Assembly (NCBI GenBank): GCA_030424595.1
Contig: JAUHWG010000011.1
Coordinates: forward strand, 193,130-257,129
Length of the DNA: 64,000 nt
Direction: 5' to 3'
Origin: Polyangia bacterium
GTDB lineage: Bacteria > Myxococcota_A > Polyangia > Nannocystales > Nannocystaceae
Below the pieces are notes generated by a model that saw only the letters and a list, made by a program, of their open reading frames with translations, was not told the origin of the DNA and ran no database searches. The first letter of the stretch is position 1; every line of letters starts with the position of its first letter. The translations under genes were made by a program, and so were the position numbers. Shown here piece after piece: positions 30,594 to 45,520 of this stretch.

Positions 30594-30662
30594 ACGCAGA
30601 GTGCAGAGGAGAGGGCTTCGCGCGACGTTTCGCCTGGGTCTGGCTGCGGCTAGGTTGCGGCC

Positions 30663-32732
<2,070 letters not shown>

Positions 32733-32869
32733 AGCGTAGAGCGCTTCGAGAGGGGGGGCGGATCCGCCATCCGCGATCCCCCTGCCTCGCCGAACCATGG
32801 GCCTAGAAGGAGGGTCTCCACGTCGCGGAGGCTCTCTTTCGGTTCTCCGGTCTGTCACCGGAGGATGTA

Positions 32870-32945
32870 CGACGGTTAAGTTAAATGAATTAAGTTGGTT
32901 TTGTTAGTTGAGATCGGAAGGGTAGTTATGTAGCTTTTGTGTGTG
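32870..32945 (+). promoter_or_regulatory. Low-GC islet (about 30% GC) with sigma70-like TTGTTA-16-TAGTTA elements upstream of the Cys-rich lipoprotein gene
   Basis: ttaagttaaatgaattaagttggttttgttagttgagatcggaagggtagttatgtag stands out against a roughly 70% GC background. Direct repeat TTAAGTT x2. Confidence 0.45.
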
Positions 32946-32996
32946 GCCGATCGCGGTGAGCGTCAGGGCCCCTTCACTTCCAAAGAAAGCGATCTC

Positions 32997-33944
32997 ATGG
33001 ACAGCAAACAGGTCTTCTCATGCCTCCTCGGAGCAACTTTGACCCTCTCGTGGGCAGCTTGTGCGGGCGGTGGCGGCGGCGATGACGAGAGCGGGACGAC
33101 CGGGGGCGTGACAGCGACGACCTCCTCCGGGGAGACCGACAGTGTCAGCGGCAGCAGCACCTCCGACGGTCCGACCGGCATCTCGGGCACCGACACCAGC
33201 GAGAGCGGGACGACGGGTACGACAGGTACGAGCGGCACCGACACCGACTGCTCGTTCCTCGAGTGCGACACCGGAGGGGACGACGGCGGCCTCTGCGACG
33301 TCTGGGCCCAGGACTGCCCGGACGGCGAGAAGTGCATGCCCTACGCCGCCGACGGTGGGAGCGCCTGGGACGCGAACAAGTGCACGCCGATCGATCCGGC
33401 GCCGGACAGCGTCGGCAGCGAGTGCACGGTCGAGATCAACGGCGTCAGCGGGATCGACAGCTGCGGTCCGCGATCGATGTGCTGGGACGTCGATCCGGAG
33501 ACCAACATCGGCATCTGCGTCGCGATGTGCGAGGGGTCGATGGAGAGCGCGACCTGCCAGGCCGGGACCTCCTGCGCGATCCTCAACGACGGCGTCCTGA
33601 TCCTCTGCTTGCCGAACTGCGATCCGCTGGTCCAGGACTGCGCCGGCGACGACACCTGCCTGCCGAGCGACGAGTCCTTTATCTGTGTTCTCGACGCGAG
33701 CGGTCCCGAGGTCGGCGCCTACGGGGATCCCTGCGAGTACGCCAACGGCTGCGACCCTGGCCTCTACTGCCTGCCGCCCGAGTACATCGCCGACTGCCCG
33801 GCCGCCGGCTGCTGCACGCCCTGGTGCGACATCGAGGCGCCGAACGACTGCCCGGGGGGGACGCAGGAGTGCATCCCCTGGTTTGAGGAGGGGACCGCCC
33901 CGCCCGGCTACGAGACGGTCGGTATCTGCGGGATCCCGCAGTGA
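32997..33944 (+). CDS. Cysteine-rich secreted lipoprotein (about 30 Cys, Thr/Ser/Gly-rich linker)
   Basis: Lipobox LTLSWAACAGG after MDSKQVFSCLLGA. ATG at 32997. Cys-rich body CSFLECDTGGDDGGLCDVWAQDCPDGEKCMP... Confidence 0.7.
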   Translation: MDSKQVFSCLLGATLTLSWAACAGGGGGDDESGTTGGVTATTSSGETDSVSGSSTSDGPTGISGTDTSESGTTGTTGTSGTDTDCSFLECDTGGDDGGLCDVWAQDCPDGEKCMPYAADGGSAWDANKCTPIDPAPDSVGSECTVEINGVSGIDSCGPRSMCWDVDPETNIGICVAMCEGSMESATCQAGTSCAILNDGVLILCLPNCDPLVQDCAGDDTCLPSDESFICVLDASGPEVGAYGDPCEYANGCDPGLYCLPPEYIADCPAAGCCTPWCDIEAPNDCPGGTQECIPWFEEGTAPPGYETVGICGIPQ

Positions 33945-33949
33945 GCTCG

Positions 33950-34195
33950 GCTTGAGCTCGGCTTGAGCCCGGCCTGAGCCCGGCCTGAGCCCGGCCTGAG
34001 CCCGGCCTGAGCCCGGCCTGACCCGACGCTGCGCCGACGCTGCGCCGAGCAGGTCTGGGCCCGCCCTCGGCTCCCGTTGGTCGGGAGCCCAGGGCGGGCC
34101 CGGTGCATCTCCGTGCGAGGATAGGGGCCTGCGCTGGGGGGCCTGCGCTGGGGGCCCTCGGAGGGCCTTCGGAGGGCCTTCGGAGGGCCTTCGCC
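33950..34195. repeat. Intergenic tandem repeats: (GAGCCCGGCCT)x5, (GACGCTGCGCC)x2, (CCTGCGCTGGGGG)x2 and (GGAGGGCCTTC)x3
   Basis: Read directly between 33944 and 34280. Confidence 0.8.
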
Positions 34196-34279
34196 GCACT
34201 CTCCCCGCCGCCCGCCGTCGGGCCTCGATCGTCCTCCCCCCCATGTTCCTCGGCGGGGGCCTGTGGTACCTACTGGCCG

Positions 34280-35026
34280 ATGTCCGGCCACAGTAAATGG
34301 TCCACGATCAAGCGGAAGAAGGCCCTGGTCGACGCCAAGAAGGGCAAGATCTTCACCAAGCTGGCGCGCGAGATCACGATCGCGGCCAAGGAAGGTGGCG
34401 GCGACCCTGACGGCAACCCGCGCCTGCGCCTCGCCCTCTCCCAGGCCCGCGCGGCGAACATGCCGAAGGACAACCAGGAGCGGGCGATCCAAAAGGGCAC
34501 CGGCGAGCTCGGCGACGTGACCTTCGAGAGCTTCGTCTACGAGGGCCGCGGTCCCGGCGGGAGCTGCTTCCTCCTGGTCGGCGACACCGACAACCGCAAC
34601 CGGACGGTCGCCGAGATCCGCCACATCTTCTCCAAGCACGGCGGGGAGCTCAGCGCTCCCGGCGCTGTGACCTGGATGTTCGACTACAAGGGCGTCGTCG
34701 AGATCGAGAAGGACGCGATCAGCGAGGACGCGCTGATGGAGCGGGCGCTCGGCGCTGGCGCGGAGGACATCCAGGACTGGGACTCCTCCTGGGGAGTGCT
34801 CGCGGATCCCTCGGACTTCAGCGCGGTCGAGGAGGAGTTTCGCGACCTCAACCCCGACGCCGAGGTCCGCTACCTCCTCAAGCCGGAGAACGAGCTGGCC
34901 TTGGAGGGCGCGCTCGCGATCCAGGTCGCCAAGTTCTGGGCCCTCCTCGACGACAACGACGACGTCGCCAAGAGCTACGCCAACGTCTCGATCGCCGACG
35001 AGATCCTCGACGAGCACGGACCCTGA
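34280..35026 (+). CDS. yebC: YebC/PmpR-family transcriptional regulator
   Basis: MSGHSKWSTIKRKKALVDAKKGKIFTKLAREI... is the near-universal YebC N-terminus. Conserved synteny with ruvC-ruvA. Confidence 0.9.
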   Translation: MSGHSKWSTIKRKKALVDAKKGKIFTKLAREITIAAKEGGGDPDGNPRLRLALSQARAANMPKDNQERAIQKGTGELGDVTFESFVYEGRGPGGSCFLLVGDTDNRNRTVAEIRHIFSKHGGELSAPGAVTWMFDYKGVVEIEKDAISEDALMERALGAGAEDIQDWDSSWGVLADPSDFSAVEEEFRDLNPDAEVRYLLKPENELALEGALAIQVAKFWALLDDNDDVAKSYANVSIADEILDEHGP

Positions 35027-35085
35027 GGTGCTCGGAGCGGGGACAGGATCGGGCCCCGTCGCGGCCGTGATGGCGCAGGCTGCCG

Positions 35086-35604
35086 GTGGTTGACGGTCCG
35101 GTCCGCGTGCTCGGGGTGGATCCCGGGACTCGAGTGGTGGGCTATGGGCTCATCGACCTCGCAGGTCCGGTGATCCGCTATGTCGAGTGCGGCGTCCTCA
35201 AGCTGCCGACGGACGAGGCGATGCCGCTCCGTCTCCACCGCCTGAGCGTCGGCCTCAGCGAGGTGGTCACCGAATTCAGCCCGACCGTGATGGCGATCGA
35301 GGCGGCCTTCCACGGGGTCAACGCGATGTCGGCGCTCAAGCTCGGGCAGGCCCGCGGAGCGATCATGGCGATGGCCGTCGGTCGCGGTCTCGAGGTCCAC
35401 GAGTATCCGCCCGCGACCGTGAAGAAGGCGGTCGCCGGGCACGGTCGGGCGACCAAGGCGGAGATGCAGGCGCGTGTGCGGCTGCTCTGCCATCTTCAGC
35501 GCGAGCCGAGCTCGGACGCCGCGGACGCGCTGGCGATCGCGCTCTGCTACGGGCACACTGGGCGCGGCGTCGCCCCGGGGCGATCGCGGAAGAGACGACG
35601 ATGA
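35086..35604 (+). CDS. ruvC: Holliday-junction resolvase RuvC
   Basis: VLGVDPGTRVVGYGLID... catalytic N-terminus, 172 aa. Stop overlaps the ruvA ATG (ATGA). GTG start at 35086 or 35107. Confidence 0.85.
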   Translation: MVDGPVRVLGVDPGTRVVGYGLIDLAGPVIRYVECGVLKLPTDEAMPLRLHRLSVGLSEVVTEFSPTVMAIEAAFHGVNAMSALKLGQARGAIMAMAVGRGLEVHEYPPATVKKAVAGHGRATKAEMQARVRLLCHLQREPSSDAADALAIALCYGHTGRGVAPGRSRKRRR

Positions 35605-36227
35605 TCGGATGGCTTTCAGGACTGGTCCTCGTGCGGGAGCCCCGACGCGGGACCGTCACCCTGAACGTCGGCGGCGTCGGCTACGAGGTGCGGGTCTCGA
35701 TCCAGACGATGGGCGCGGTGCCCGAGGAGGGGACGCCCTGCGAGCTGTGGATCCACACCCACGTGCGCGAGGAGGTGCTCGCGCTCTACGGCTTCACCTC
35801 GCCGGCGGAGCGCGAGCTCTTCCTCCTCCTCTTGAGCGTCCCCAAGGTCGGGCCGAAGAACGCGATGGCGGTGCTCGGCGGTCTGCCGACCGAGGAGCTG
35901 CTGCGCTGCATCGCCGGCGGCGAGCAGGGGCGGCTGGAGAAGATCCCCGGGATCGGCAAGAAGACCGCCGATCAGATCCTCCTCTCGCTCAAGGACAAGG
36001 TGCTCGCGTTCCTGAGCCCCACGGACGAGGCGCCGCCGGTCTCCGCCGAGGGCCGCGCCGAGTCGATCATCGACGAGGCGAAGAGCGTGCTCGTCGAGCT
36101 CGGCTGGCGGGCGAAGCAGGTCGACAAGGCGGTCGCGACCGTCACCGCCTCCGCGGCCTGGGAGAGCTCCTCCGGCGGCCTCGACGAGCTGGTCCGCAGG
36201 ACCTTGGCGCAGCTCATGGAGCGCTGA
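35601..36227 (+). CDS. ruvA: Holliday-junction branch-migration protein RuvA
   Basis: MIGWLSGLV...VGGVGYEV...FGF....ERELF..L..V.GVGPK.A...L is the RuvA pattern. No ruvB follows. Confidence 0.9.
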   Translation: MIGWLSGLVLVREPRRGTVTLNVGGVGYEVRVSIQTMGAVPEEGTPCELWIHTHVREEVLALYGFTSPAERELFLLLLSVPKVGPKNAMAVLGGLPTEELLRCIAGGEQGRLEKIPGIGKKTADQILLSLKDKVLAFLSPTDEAPPVSAEGRAESIIDEAKSVLVELGWRAKQVDKAVATVTASAAWESSSGGLDELVRRTLAQLMER

Positions 36228-36367
36228 GCGCTGAGGTGCGCTGGGGTCAGCGCATCAACGTTGACCCCCCACCCCCATGAAGGCGAAGGCGAGGGCGTCG
36301 AGGCGATGCCGCGAGGCACAAGCGCGACGTCACGACCGGCTCGACCCGAGCGGCGAGACGTAGCCCG

Positions 36368-37222
36368 CTAGAAGCGGCCGCTGATCGCGAGCCCGCCGAA
36401 GGTCGGCAGGACCTGGATATGCGCGTGCTCGGCCCGCCAGACCGCGGTCTTGCGCTTGCCCTTCGAGAAGACGACGCCGCCGGTGACCGCAAGGATCGCA
36501 CCCACACCGGCGAGCCCCCAGCCGACGCCGGTCAGCAGGTTCGTCCGCTCACCCTCCTTGAGGGTCGTGTCGATGTCGTTCTCGATGTCATCGCACTGGG
36601 CCGTCATCATGCCCTCGCACATCGCCTCGTTGTAGTCGGTGCGCAGGGCCTTGATGTCGTCGCTCAGCCCGCTGCCCTTGACGCCGAAGGCGATCCCGAC
36701 CGCGGCGCCGCTGATCAGCAGGGCACCGCCGGCGCCCAGGAGAACCGCCCCGGCGATCTTCTGCCCCTTGCCGGGGTCGGCCTCGGGGAGCGGCGGCGGC
36801 TCGGGCTCGAGCTCGGGCTCGGGCTCGGGCTCGGCCTTCTCAGCCTCCTCGATCAGGGCCTCGATCTCGTCGACCTTCGGCTTCACGTCGGCGGGGTCGC
36901 CGAGGGTCGGATCGGCCTGCAGCGCGACGATGAATTTTTCGAAGGTGATCTTCGCCTCGTAGAGGTGCTTCACCTCCTTGCTCTCGTCGTACCAGTCTCT
37001 GTAGGCCTGGCCGATGTAGTAGAGCATCAGGGGGTCGCCGGAGCGCTCGTACGCCTCATCCATCTTCTCGACGGCGCTGCCGAAGAGACCGTTGGCGTAG
37101 TCCGCTTGTCCATCTTTGTAGAGCTGCTCGGGGTCCGGAGCCTCCGCCTGCGCGGCCGAGGGCATGGCGAGGCCGCCGGTGCTGATGGCCGCTGCGAGCG
37201 CGAGATGAAGTGGGGATCTCAT
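36368..37222 (-). CDS. Secreted TPR-like/membrane protein with an (EP)n linker, two TM helices, and a C-terminal ...AISGRF. Paralog of the protein at 1..597.
   Basis: Signal peptide LALAAAISTGGLAMPSAAQA. EPEPEPELEPEP from (GGCTCG)n. Shares the C-terminal G-x-x-G-R-F motif and overall architecture with the first gene. Confidence 0.65.
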   Translation of the reverse strand: MRSPLHLALAAAISTGGLAMPSAAQAEAPDPEQLYKDGQADYANGLFGSAVEKMDEAYERSGDPLMLYYIGQAYRDWYDESKEVKHLYEAKITFEKFIVALQADPTLGDPADVKPKVDEIEALIEEAEKAEPEPEPELEPEPPPLPEADPGKGQKIAGAVLLGAGGALLISGAAVGIAFGVKGSGLSDDIKALRTDYNEAMCEGMMTAQCDDIENDIDTTLKEGERTNLLTGVGWGLAGVGAILAVTGGVVFSKGKRKTAVWRAEHAHIQVLPTFGGLAISGRF

Positions 37223-37251
37223 ACGACGGCCGCAGCTTACGGTGAAAGGAC

Positions 37252-38145
37252 GTGGTTAGCCTAGGGGCCGATGCCACTTGCGTCGCTCCCGCGCGGCCTC
37301 GAGTCCGGTGGTATCGGCCGCGGCTTCGCGATAATCTCCGCCGCCGGAGGCCCTCCTTGCTCAAACGTTGGCTAGAAAAAGCGCAGGAAATCGCGGATCG
37401 ACATCTCCCCGAGGAGGTTCGCGCGGAGGGCAAGCGGATCGCCGAGCGCGTCCTCGAGCACACTCCAGGACGCATCAGGAGCGCCGCAGAGGCCCTCTTC
37501 GCCGACGAGGAGGGGGGGGCGACGGTCCCCCGGGCGGGAGCGCCGGCCGAGTCGGCGGCGAGCGTCCGCCGCGAGATCGACGAAGACAAGACCGAGCCCA
37601 AGGTCGTGGTCTTCGGCTACCCTGAGGACCCCACCACGCAGCGCGTGTGGGACCTGCTTGACAGCCAGAGGATCGCCAATCGGCGGATGAACCTCCACGA
37701 GCAGCCGACCGCCGCCCGCCAGATCGCCAGCCTGACGGGGGTGATGGTGCCGCCCTACGTCTACATCAGCGGTCGGTACTGGGGCGGAGAGGGGGAGATC
37801 GTCAGCCTGATCGCGATGGGCGATCTCGCGGCGATCGTCGCCGGTGATCTCGCCTCGATCAGCGAGGACGCTCGCCGGATCGGCGGTCTACACGAGCAAT
37901 TTGACGACGCGATGACCGCGGAGAACATCGTCGCTCGGCTGAGGCTCGGCCATATCGTCGCGATGGAGGATCTCGACTGCTGGTGCGAGCCTCACCCCGA
38001 GACCGGCGAGAATCGGGTGATCTACGAGGGGACTCCGCGCTCGATGGGCGAGATCGACGACATCGCCGGCGAGATCGCACGCCTCGTCGACGAGGGGGAG
38101 ATCGAGGCGCGTTGGCTCCTGGAGCCCGAGGTCTCGACCTTCTAG
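37252..38145 (+). CDS. Glutaredoxin-like-domain protein (thioredoxin fold) with a C-terminal acidic domain. Start uncertain; a TTG at 37357 with an upstream GGAGG is an alternative.
   Basis: KVVVFGYPEDPTTQRVWDLLDSQRIANRRMNLHE...PYVYISGRYWGGEGEI resembles the Grx fold but has no CxxC motif. A G8 homopolymer lies at 37512-37519 inside the frame. Confidence 0.5.
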   Translation: MVSLGADATCVAPARPRVRWYRPRLRDNLRRRRPSLLKRWLEKAQEIADRHLPEEVRAEGKRIAERVLEHTPGRIRSAAEALFADEEGGATVPRAGAPAESAASVRREIDEDKTEPKVVVFGYPEDPTTQRVWDLLDSQRIANRRMNLHEQPTAARQIASLTGVMVPPYVYISGRYWGGEGEIVSLIAMGDLAAIVAGDLASISEDARRIGGLHEQFDDAMTAENIVARLRLGHIVAMEDLDCWCEPHPETGENRVIYEGTPRSMGEIDDIAGEIARLVDEGEIEARWLLEPEVSTF

Positions 38146-39056
38146 TTTCGGCCTGGGTCCCGGCCTGGGGTCCCGGCCCGGGATCCCGACCTGAGGACCG
38201 GGCGATCTGCCTCGCTGGGCTGGCTCGGCGTCCGCGTCGCGGAGGGCTGAAGCGAGCGCTCGAAGACCAGGTGACCGTCGATCTCGCGCAGCTCGACGGC
38301 GAAGATGGGTCCGAGGACCGACGGCGTCAGGAGCGAGGCCGCGGCGCCTGCGATCGCCGCGCCGCCCTCCGAGCCGAGAACGATCGCCGCGTCGGCGGAG
38401 CTCCGGGCGAGGTCGAGATCGTGGAGGGCTGCGATCACCGTCGTCCCGGCCGCTGCGAGCTCGCGGCAGAGGTCCATGAAGGCGAGGGCGTGGCCGACGT
38501 CGAGGGAGGCGGTGGGCTCGTCGAGGAGCAGGAGAGGGGCCTGGGTCGCGAGGAGGCGGGCGAGCATCACCCGCTGACGCTCGCCGCCGCTGAGGCTCGA
38601 GACCCGTCGCTCGCCCGCGTCTGCGAGGCCGACCCGGCGCAGCGCGTCGGCGACGTGCTGATGGTCGCCGGGAGAGGGGGCGGCGAAGCGCGGGAGGAAG
38701 GGGCTGCGGCCGAGCATCACGACCTCACGGGCCGGGAGATCGTAGGCGAGGGGGGTGGTCTGGGGCAGGTAGGCGAGGGCCCGGGCGCGCTCGGCGGGGC
38801 GTCGGTCGGCGAGCGAGGCTCCGCCGAGGGTCACGCTGCCTTCGGCGGGGCGGCGCAGCCCTGCGAGATCGCGCAGGAGGGTGGTCTTGCCGGAGCCGTT
38901 GGGGCCTACGATCGCCGTGACGGTCGCTGGCGCGAAGAACGCGTTGAGCTCGCGGTAGAGCCATCGTCCGCCGATCCGGCGGCCGAGGCCGCTCGCCCGC
39001 AGCTCCGCCGCGTCGGCGCGCTCTTCGATCAGCGACGGGGAGGGAGCGAGATCCAC
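38142..39056 (-). CDS. ABC transporter ATP-binding protein (FecE/FepC/HmuV-like). Orphan: no permease or SBP adjacent.
   Basis: Walker A GPNGSGKTTLL, signature LSGGERQRV, Walker B LLLLDEPTASLD, H-loop ALHDL. GTG at 39056 with AGGAAGGA upstream. Its stop overlaps the convergent gene's stop (CTAG). Confidence 0.8.
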   Translation of the reverse strand: MDLAPSPSLIEERADAAELRASGLGRRIGGRWLYRELNAFFAPATVTAIVGPNGSGKTTLLRDLAGLRRPAEGSVTLGGASLADRRPAERARALAYLPQTTPLAYDLPAREVVMLGRSPFLPRFAAPSPGDHQHVADALRRVGLADAGERRVSSLSGGERQRVMLARLLATQAPLLLLDEPTASLDVGHALAFMDLCRELAAAGTTVIAALHDLDLARSSADAAIVLGSEGGAAIAGAAASLLTPSVLGPIFAVELREIDGHLVFERSLQPSATRTPSQPSEADRPVLRSGSRAGTPGRDPGRN

Positions 39057-39263
39057 GAGCGTTCCTTCCTGGGGGCGAGCTCGGGGCCGCTCGCGCATGT
39101 GTGGCTGTCGATGAAGCGCCTCTGTCGGGGCATCGCGGTCCCTGCCGATTCGCTGCTGGCCGAAGCCGCTGGGCTCCGGCGATGGGAGGCTGCCGCGGGC
39201 TCTAGGGATCGTCAAGCGGGGGCCTGGGCTCGAACGCGCGCGAGCGCTACCCTGCACCCCGCC

Positions 39264-41285
<2,022 letters not shown>

Positions 41286-41289
41286 AGCC

Positions 41290-41345
41290 GCGCAGGGGTC
41301 ACTTTTGTGATCTTTGATATCGATAATTCTGCCGGTATAACAGTG
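41290..41345 (+). promoter_or_regulatory. Low-GC promoter-like islet (TTGATA-16-TATAAC) upstream of a lipoprotein gene
   Basis: tcacttttgtgatctttgatatcgataattctgccggtataacagtgtg stands out against the GC-rich surroundings. Confidence 0.4.
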
Positions 41346-41363
41346 TGCAGGTTGTTTGAGACG

Positions 41364-42155
41364 ATGATCCAACGCTCGTGCTCCGGTCGACGGGGAGGCC
41401 TCACCGGCGTCCTCGTGGCCTCCGCCCTCGTCGCCGGCAACGCTGGCTGCGGCCTCTTTGACACCTCCAACCCGGTCGACATCAACGTCTTCGCGGCACA
41501 CCACGCGCGGCGTGACATGGACGGTCTGTTGCCGAGCTACGGCTTCAACAATTCGCCGCGGACTTGGGTCAACGACCTCGGCTGGCAGATCAACGTCACC
41601 GAGGGCTACATCGTCATCACCGGGGCCAGCATCGTCTCCTGCGACGGCGAGGCCTTCGATCTCGACCTCCCCTTTGGACCTGTCCCCGAGTACCTGAACG
41701 CGACGGATCTCGACGTGATCGTCGTCGGCAGCGCGGAGATCCCGGAGGGCGATTACTGCGAGCTGGACGTCCAGTACGGGCCCTACCGGGCTGAAGAGGC
41801 CGCGATGGCCTCTGAGGGGGCGCACCCGGTGCCGACAGGTCGGGACCTCGAGGGACAGACGATCTTTATCGCCGGTCGAGCGTCGAAGGACGACGTCGTC
41901 GTCGACTTCGCGCTCATCAGCGGCGAGAGCAGCGAGATGCGGCTCAAGCTCCGCGAGGGGGACGGTACGCCGACCACCTACGAGGCTATCGCGGGCGGCG
42001 GCGCCCCGAAGGCGACGGTCGGCAAGACCTACGATCGCTTCTTCGACGGGATCGACTTCTCGACCTACGAGGCAGAGGCCGAGGCGATAAACGCCGGCTT
42101 GATGGAGATCTTGGTCGACGAGACCCGCGCCTACCGCGGGACGACGATCTACTGA
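41364..42155 (+). CDS. Hypothetical lipoprotein
   Basis: MIQRSCSGRRGGLTGVLVASALVAGNAGCG (lipobox VAGNAGC). No recognisable domain. Confidence 0.6.
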   Translation: MIQRSCSGRRGGLTGVLVASALVAGNAGCGLFDTSNPVDINVFAAHHARRDMDGLLPSYGFNNSPRTWVNDLGWQINVTEGYIVITGASIVSCDGEAFDLDLPFGPVPEYLNATDLDVIVVGSAEIPEGDYCELDVQYGPYRAEEAAMASEGAHPVPTGRDLEGQTIFIAGRASKDDVVVDFALISGESSEMRLKLREGDGTPTTYEAIAGGGAPKATVGKTYDRFFDGIDFSTYEAEAEAINAGLMEILVDETRAYRGTTIY

Positions 42156-42411
42156 GCTTCGCTGAGGTGGAGCGCTCAGGACTCATGCCACGGCCTCCGA
42201 GGGGGTCGTCGCAGAGATCCAACGGATCACCTGGTTCTCAGGGCGTCGCGTCGCGCTCGCACTCTCGCAGGGCGCTGCCGCAGAGCGCCAACGAGCAGCC
42301 CCGGGTGCTCAGGGCGCCGCCGAAGAGCGCCCATGACTCACCCCCGCGACTCCCAGCCGAAGCGGCGGAGAGGCGAGGGGGCGCAAGGCGTAGCGTCGAA
42401 GCTTGCGAGCT

Positions 42412-44271
<1,860 letters not shown>

Positions 44272-44567
44272 GGGGGCCAGCCGCCGCAACTTTCCCCGCC
44301 TGCGCCCGCGATGCAAGGGCTCTTCGAAGATTTGCTGGGCCCGCATCGGCGGAGGCACCCACGACCGCGGCGGCCCCGACCGAGCGACCTGCGTCCCGGC
44401 CGCTCCCCTACGAGAAGACCGGCGCAGCGTTCGCGGGCGGAGGCGAATGCCGAGGCGCGCGCCGCGATCGTCGAGCTCGTCGAGTCCGTAGCTCGGTCCC
44501 TGGCGCCGCGGAGCGACGAGCGCCGACGAGGGCTGAGGCCGCGTCCTCTTCCCGCGTGATGCGGCTC

Positions 44568-44774
44568 CTAGGCGGCTGAGAGGGCTTCATCGTCGACTCC
44601 TTCGTCACCGTCGGCGGGCTTGTCGGTCTTGGGTCGGCGCTCCTTGGTCCCCGGGACCGGCGGCCGCTCGGACTCTGGCGGGCTGGTTTCAGCGGAGTTG
44701 GGCAGGTCTGGATCGTCGGGCGGAGGGACGATCTTCGAGGACCCTCGCTCGAGGCGAAGCTTGGGCTTTTTCAT
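44568..44774 (-). CDS. Hypothetical small basic/disordered protein (68 aa) directly downstream of a LexA-box-containing promoter
   Basis: ATG at 44774 ([21 protein letters not shown]...). Promoter-like TTGACA-17-GACGAT immediately upstream. Composition is low-complexity, so coding status is uncertain. Confidence 0.35.
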   Translation of the reverse strand: MKKPKLRLERGSSKIVPPPDDPDLPNSAETSPPESERPPVPGTKERRPKTDKPADGDEGVDDEALSAA

Positions 44775-44786
44775 GATTTCGATCGT

Positions 44787-44806
44787 CACTGAACGCGCGT
44801 TCAGTG
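44787..44806 (-). promoter_or_regulatory. Candidate LexA (SOS) box of the Myxococcus/Deltaproteobacteria type (CTRHAMRYBYGTTCAGS). A 20-bp perfect palindrome CACTGAACGCGCGTTCAGTG, plus an extra half-site GTGTTCAGTG at 44826-44835.
   Basis: CTGAACGCGCGTTCAGT matches 16/17 consensus positions. It lies exactly in the 17-bp spacer between TTGACA and the -10-like hexamer, 13 bp upstream of the ATG. Confidence 0.5.
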
Positions 44807-45299
44807 TCAATCGATGACTGGTGAAGTGTTCAGTGTAGCGGCGTGATTCTCCCCCAGATCGACAAAATTCCGCGCGACTACGCCCGTGGCGAGCGGCCTC
44901 GCGCACGCGCTGAGCGGCATCGCGCTCGGGGGGTTGTGACGCCAGCGGAGGACCTCGTCATGCGGCTCCTGAGCGCTTCGCTGCCGAGGAGGAACCCCGG
45001 ACTTCGGGCGGCGAGGATACGGACCATGCGTGTGTAGTCATGGACCTGCCCAAACAGTCATATGACTGAAGAGACATCTTTAAGGGGAGTCGGTATCCGT
45101 CGTCGGCGGCTCGCGGTCGACCCATCCGGGCTGCGACAGATCCGCGGAGCGGAGCGGAGGCTGAGCGGGCGCGTCCGGGCGCGAGTCGTCTCGCCCGCGA
45201 GAGACCCAGGCCGCGAGGTGGGCTCGGCACGGTAGACCCGCCGAAGCGCGATGGTTCGACGACCTGCGGGGCGAAGCGGGGCCGTGTTGGCGATCCGCG

Positions 45300-45520
45300 C
45301 GGCGAGCGGTCGCGAGGGAAAGGGCGCCGGTCGTGGCTCGTAGAGTCAGACGGCGAGGAAGCGACGGCTCGCGGGTTGGGCACGTCTCGCGAGGGAGGTG
45401 GCTCGCGAAGCAGAGAGTGCTCGCGCTGGAGAAGCGGCTCGCGAGAACGGGGCCGCCCGTCGGAGCGAGGCCGCTAGCGAGGAGACGCCTCGCGAAGACG
45501 GGGCCTGCCCCTTGGCTGTG
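45300..45520. repeat. Degenerate repeats with core GGCTCGCGA(G/A), at least 6 copies, including a ~45-bp unit repeated twice. They sit inside a ~700-bp region (44907..45605) without a convincing ORF.
   Basis: Copies at about 45362, 45395, 45414, 45432, 45476 and 45491. Also a 12-bp perfect palindrome AGTCATATGACT at about 45067. Confidence 0.6.

Noticed and set aside
28839-30653. 604-aa + ORF across the amidase locus, plus the 1011-aa - ORF N-terminal extension (30594..32102)
   Set aside because: The amidase signature lies only in the minus frame from 30593 down. The upstream part of the 1011-aa ORF is antisense to the MYXO-CTERM protein, and the plus ORF is shadow.
35601-36400. Expected ruvB downstream of ruvA
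   Set aside because: No Walker-A-containing AAA+ frame follows ruvA. The next gene is on the opposite strand, so ruvB must be elsewhere in the genome.
37983-39263. N-terminal extension of the 1100-aa + ORF, and the 39057..40511 part of the 789-aa - ORF
   Set aside because: YgiQ similarity starts at ATG 39264. The ABC ATPase starts at GTG 39056, with an SD and Walker A shortly after. The extensions are antisense to real genes.
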